Below, one piece after another: positions 60,593-64,000 of a stretch of 64,000 nucleotides of DNA. Each line of letters opens with the position of its first letter. The first letter of the stretch is position 1. Source of the stretch: Takakia lepidozioides (Eukaryota; Plantae; Bryophyta); the NCBI GenBank assembly GCA_030704615.1, contig CM060733.1, positions 3,906,001 to 3,970,000 of the forward strand, written 5' to 3'. The notes below the pieces were generated by a model. It was not told where the DNA came from. It was given only the letters and a program-made list of their open reading frames with translations, and made no database searches. The translations under genes were made by a program, and so were the position numbers.

Positions 60593-62821
60593 ATGGCGGG
60601 TCTGGAGGGAGCTCATGCCGATGAGGGGTATGCCAACACAGGGGGATCTAAGGATGGGCCCGTTCTGACCATGATGAGCAAGAGGCTGAGAGCACTAAGG
60701 AAAAAGTACAATCGAATATTGCAGATAGAGGACAACAAGGCCCAAGGAAAGACTGTGAACAAGGAACAGGAAGATGTGTTGAAGAGCAAGATTTCCGTGG
60801 CAGCGCTGATTGACGAGTACGAGAAACTGATCCAGCCTCTTCTGGTTGCTGTGAGAGAGGAAGTTGCGGAGCATGAGAAAGATCTAATGGCGGCTACTCT
60901 CGGGAGGTCGGAGGAGGAAGACAGTGTCTGCGAAGGACAGGGCGGGACGCAGCCTCTAGAGGATGAGGAGGTCAGGAAGGAAACTGCAAACGGTGGTCCT
61001 GATGAGGCTGACAAAGATGTGGAGGGTTATGTGAATGGAGGATCGAATGGCGGATTAGAGCGAGAGGTATCTGTCCCCGAGTCCCCGGAAGGATCGGGCA
61101 GAGAAGAGGAGAAGCCTCCAGAGGCGGAGAAAGAGAGTATATTGAGGGAATATGAGAACGAAAGCTCGTTAAAGGAGAGTGTGTCAATCGAAGAAGAAGA
61201 GAGTATGTTCTCAGAGGGCCAGGTCGCCGACCTGTTGAAACTCCTTTATTTTGCACACCTTTTTGATGTAAGGTCGCAGGGTGAAGCCTCATCATTGGTA
61301 TGGACCAAAGTGCATGAGAGAAACTCGTGTCTGTCTTACGATTTTGTGACTGATGACGCCACCACCCCTTTGATAGAAGGAGACCTGGATGCTCTGTCAT
61401 TATTCGGAGTACTGCTTACATCACGACCGACCAATGTTACGCTTTCACATCGGGATGCCCTGCAACGCTGCATCAAACATGCCCGGGATTGGTTGCTGAG
61501 CTCCGATCATGACATTCACTCTGACATTAAAATCTCCTGTATCCTTTGACGCTTTGTGTTTTTCTCGGTACTCCTCAAGGTTGGCTGTGTTATGTAGAGT
61601 TTGCAGCTGTGCGTAAGTTCTTAAGTCCTTGCTTTTTGAGACCACTGTCTTATATGCGCTAGGTGGCATTACACAACGTTTCTCATTTTGAGGCAGAAAC
61701 CTTCATGTCAGGACCAGATTACCAGTAAAAATATTTCAACACTTCATTTCAATGGTTTGAAGAACCCTCGAGCATTATATCTATGATGGCTCTCAGTTGT
61801 GTTGAGCGCAGGGGATTGCTGGGTGGTTAAAAGTGTTGCGCCTTGACACAAAATGTTACAGACTCACGGCTGAGGGAGAGATTGAACAGGGTTCTGTCAT
61901 CTGAGTACTTCACAATGACTCCAGAGTTGCAAACCGTGAGCCAGCAAACAGCTGCTGCTGCAGCCATAGCTGCTGGCCAGTATCTCACGACCAAGGAAGT
62001 GGAAAACAATGCTCCTCCTACATACTATTCTCAGCAGGTTTGTGTTTTACAGCGATTCTGAAAGGCAAATGATTGTGCAGATCCTTTGTTTCTGACTTTT
62101 TGATCTGAAGTAACGAGACTGTCCTTAGTCAGTCACCTACCAATTTTTGCTTGCTAGGGCTCAACATTCTAGTTGCACTTTAAATGCATGATTCTCTCTG
62201 TACTTTCTGCCACTTTCAAACTCTATTTACTGCAGAGAGGTGGAGAGAGAGAATTGACTAGGTGTCCTGGTGTTGATGGTGGGTGGATAGTTCGGCAGCC
62301 ATGAGGAAGCAAATGTAGGAAGCATTGCCGATGTGGGAGGTATTCAAGATGTGGGAGAAGAGAAGGCAGTGGAGCAGCCCACAGCAGCTGTTGCAGCAGG
62401 AGGTGGGCAACCACAAACACATGGCCATTATCAGCACTACCCACATCATCCTCACCATCCTCAGCCTCCGCCTCAGACTGGAGGCGCAGGGCCAAGGAGT
62501 GGTGGGGGGTATCAGCAGGTCCATCCAGCAGCAGGATCTCCTGTAAGGGGGCGTGGTATGGGAGGAGGCTATCCAGGCAATGGCGGTCGTGCGGGTGGTC
62601 GTGGATACCCTAATGGGCGTGGTGGCCGAGGGGGCCGAGGCGGCATGTATTCAAATGGGGGGCGCGGGGGTCAGTTCTATGACCAGCCCAGTGGCTTTCA
62701 TCCTCGACCTAATCACTATGAGGCCAGAGGGGGTCGTGGTGGCAGGGGCGACATGATGTACAATGGGCATTCTAATGGTCCAGCCCCACCGTCCCCTGCT
62801 GTTGCGACTGGCTCAGGCTGA
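60593..62821 (+). CDS. Coiled-coil / RGG glycine-rich protein, Caprin-like architecture (exons 60593-61538, 61862-62037, ~62291-62821)
   Basis: DGPVL.MMSKRLRALRKKYNRI..NKEQE.VL.SK, LLYF..LFDV, HER..CL.YD.VTDD, S|YSRLRERLNRVLSSEYFT, and an RGG-rich C-terminus. The exon 3 acceptor is tentative. Confidence 0.88.
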
Positions 62822-63274
62822 TGAATAGACTAAAATGCGCTTAGGGTGGTTGAAAGTGGTTATCCATTTTTGGGATGGTGTGACAACTTATGTGACTGGC
62901 ATGATGAAATGTGGTAGGTTTGACCTACCTCTTTGTAGTACCGTGTTGTGATTTCGAAACTGTTTGTGAGGAGGTAGTCGGAAGCATCATGGTGTGCCCA
63001 TTAGGTAGCTAGTACTGCAACATTGTCAGTGGTAGGGAAGGCATGGAAGATAGAAAATTTCAAAAGGTCTACAGAAAACATTCAAAAGTTTTCACTTGCT
63101 GGATGGTAAGTCCCAGTGCTGATTGTATTCATGTTTAAGCAGGCCACAGAAAGCTTGTCCCTGGAAATGTGAAAAAGCTGGCCTTAGAGTCATTTTGTCA
63201 AGGCTGAGTTTCTATCTTCAGGCCACCCACACCGCAGGCATTGACAATCTCCTTGACCTCCTTGCATCTATTTA

Positions 63275-63415
63275 TTGTTCAAAGGTAGACTCCCTGCCCT
63301 CAGTTTAAATTTCAGTCTGGTGCCAAGAGTAGGTAGGCTCTTCAGGTCATCCTTAAGGTCCTCACCCATGTCACAAACTGCAAACAAATTCAGGGAAGTT
63401 TTGTGCCTAACTTTG
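63275..63415 (-). mobile_element. Internal fragment of LINE family A
   Basis: Closely similar to 21211-21350 (tgttcaaaggtag...ttcagggaagtttt). Confidence 0.8.
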
Positions 63416-64000
63416 TTTGGTTCGGCATTCTTCCTGCTTCTGACATGGCCTTCGACACTTCAGCCTCCAAGTCAGCTTTATCTAGCAGGGTCAGTTCTTC
63501 CTGCCTAATAGTCAAATACTTGAAATCCCCTTCTTAACCCTTTCCACTGGGAAATAAGAGTCGATCAAAGTAGGGATCATAGTAGGTATCGGTATTAGGC
63601 ATGCAATTCAACCGACCCCACCATCTGACCTTAAAATCATCATGTAGATATCTCAAGGGCGGTACCCCAAACAGCCATATAAGCTGTTCTAGAGCACCCT
63701 GATATGCTATTTCTAAGCACCGAAAGCTGAATGAATTCTAAGGGTTTAACTCGTTGGAGTTGCCCTCCCACACGGTAGATGCGCACTCCAAGTTAGGCCT
63801 AATAACATTGCAAAGCATGGTCCTTTTAACTTCAGTATTAATCCCTCTGCAGTCTAAAAATTGAGTGAGACCCAAAGCCTTGCGATCAACAGACACAGAT
63901 AGGGGTAAACAAGTTCACGGTGGACCTGAGCAAGCCAATTTTTTTCCAGGTTAGATTTCAAACCTTAAATTGCAGACCTGTTCACGTGATTTCGCGTTCA

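Overview
AT/GC-balanced, intron-containing, TE-rich nuclear DNA of an early-diverging land plant. It is most likely a moss: a mitochondrial insertion has cox2 introns at positions 104 and 373, and its heavy C-to-U editing requirement suggests a high-editing lineage such as Takakia (inference). Four apparently intact host genes are present: an intronless ankyrin-repeat gene, a two-exon plant PHD-type Zn-finger gene, a type-I pectin methylesterase, and a coiled-coil/RGG (Caprin-like) glycine-rich protein. The first ~23 kb is a nest of decayed elements: an internally deleted CACTA with an intact right TIR, an OSB (PDF-motif) pseudogene, a truncated Copia, the cox2 NUMT with a group II intron maturase fragment, L1 and RTE-X-like LINE ends, a solo LTR and a TTAA-flanked piggyBac-like MITE. 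The most notable signal is invisible in the ORF track. A spliced, frameshifted minus-strand gene at ~7390-8640 reassembles into a prokaryote-type beta-class N4C/N6A DNA methyltransferase. Also notable are five ACTAGT palindromes at exact 11-bp phasing upstream of the PHD gene. All calls are from manual reading and translation; no searches were run.
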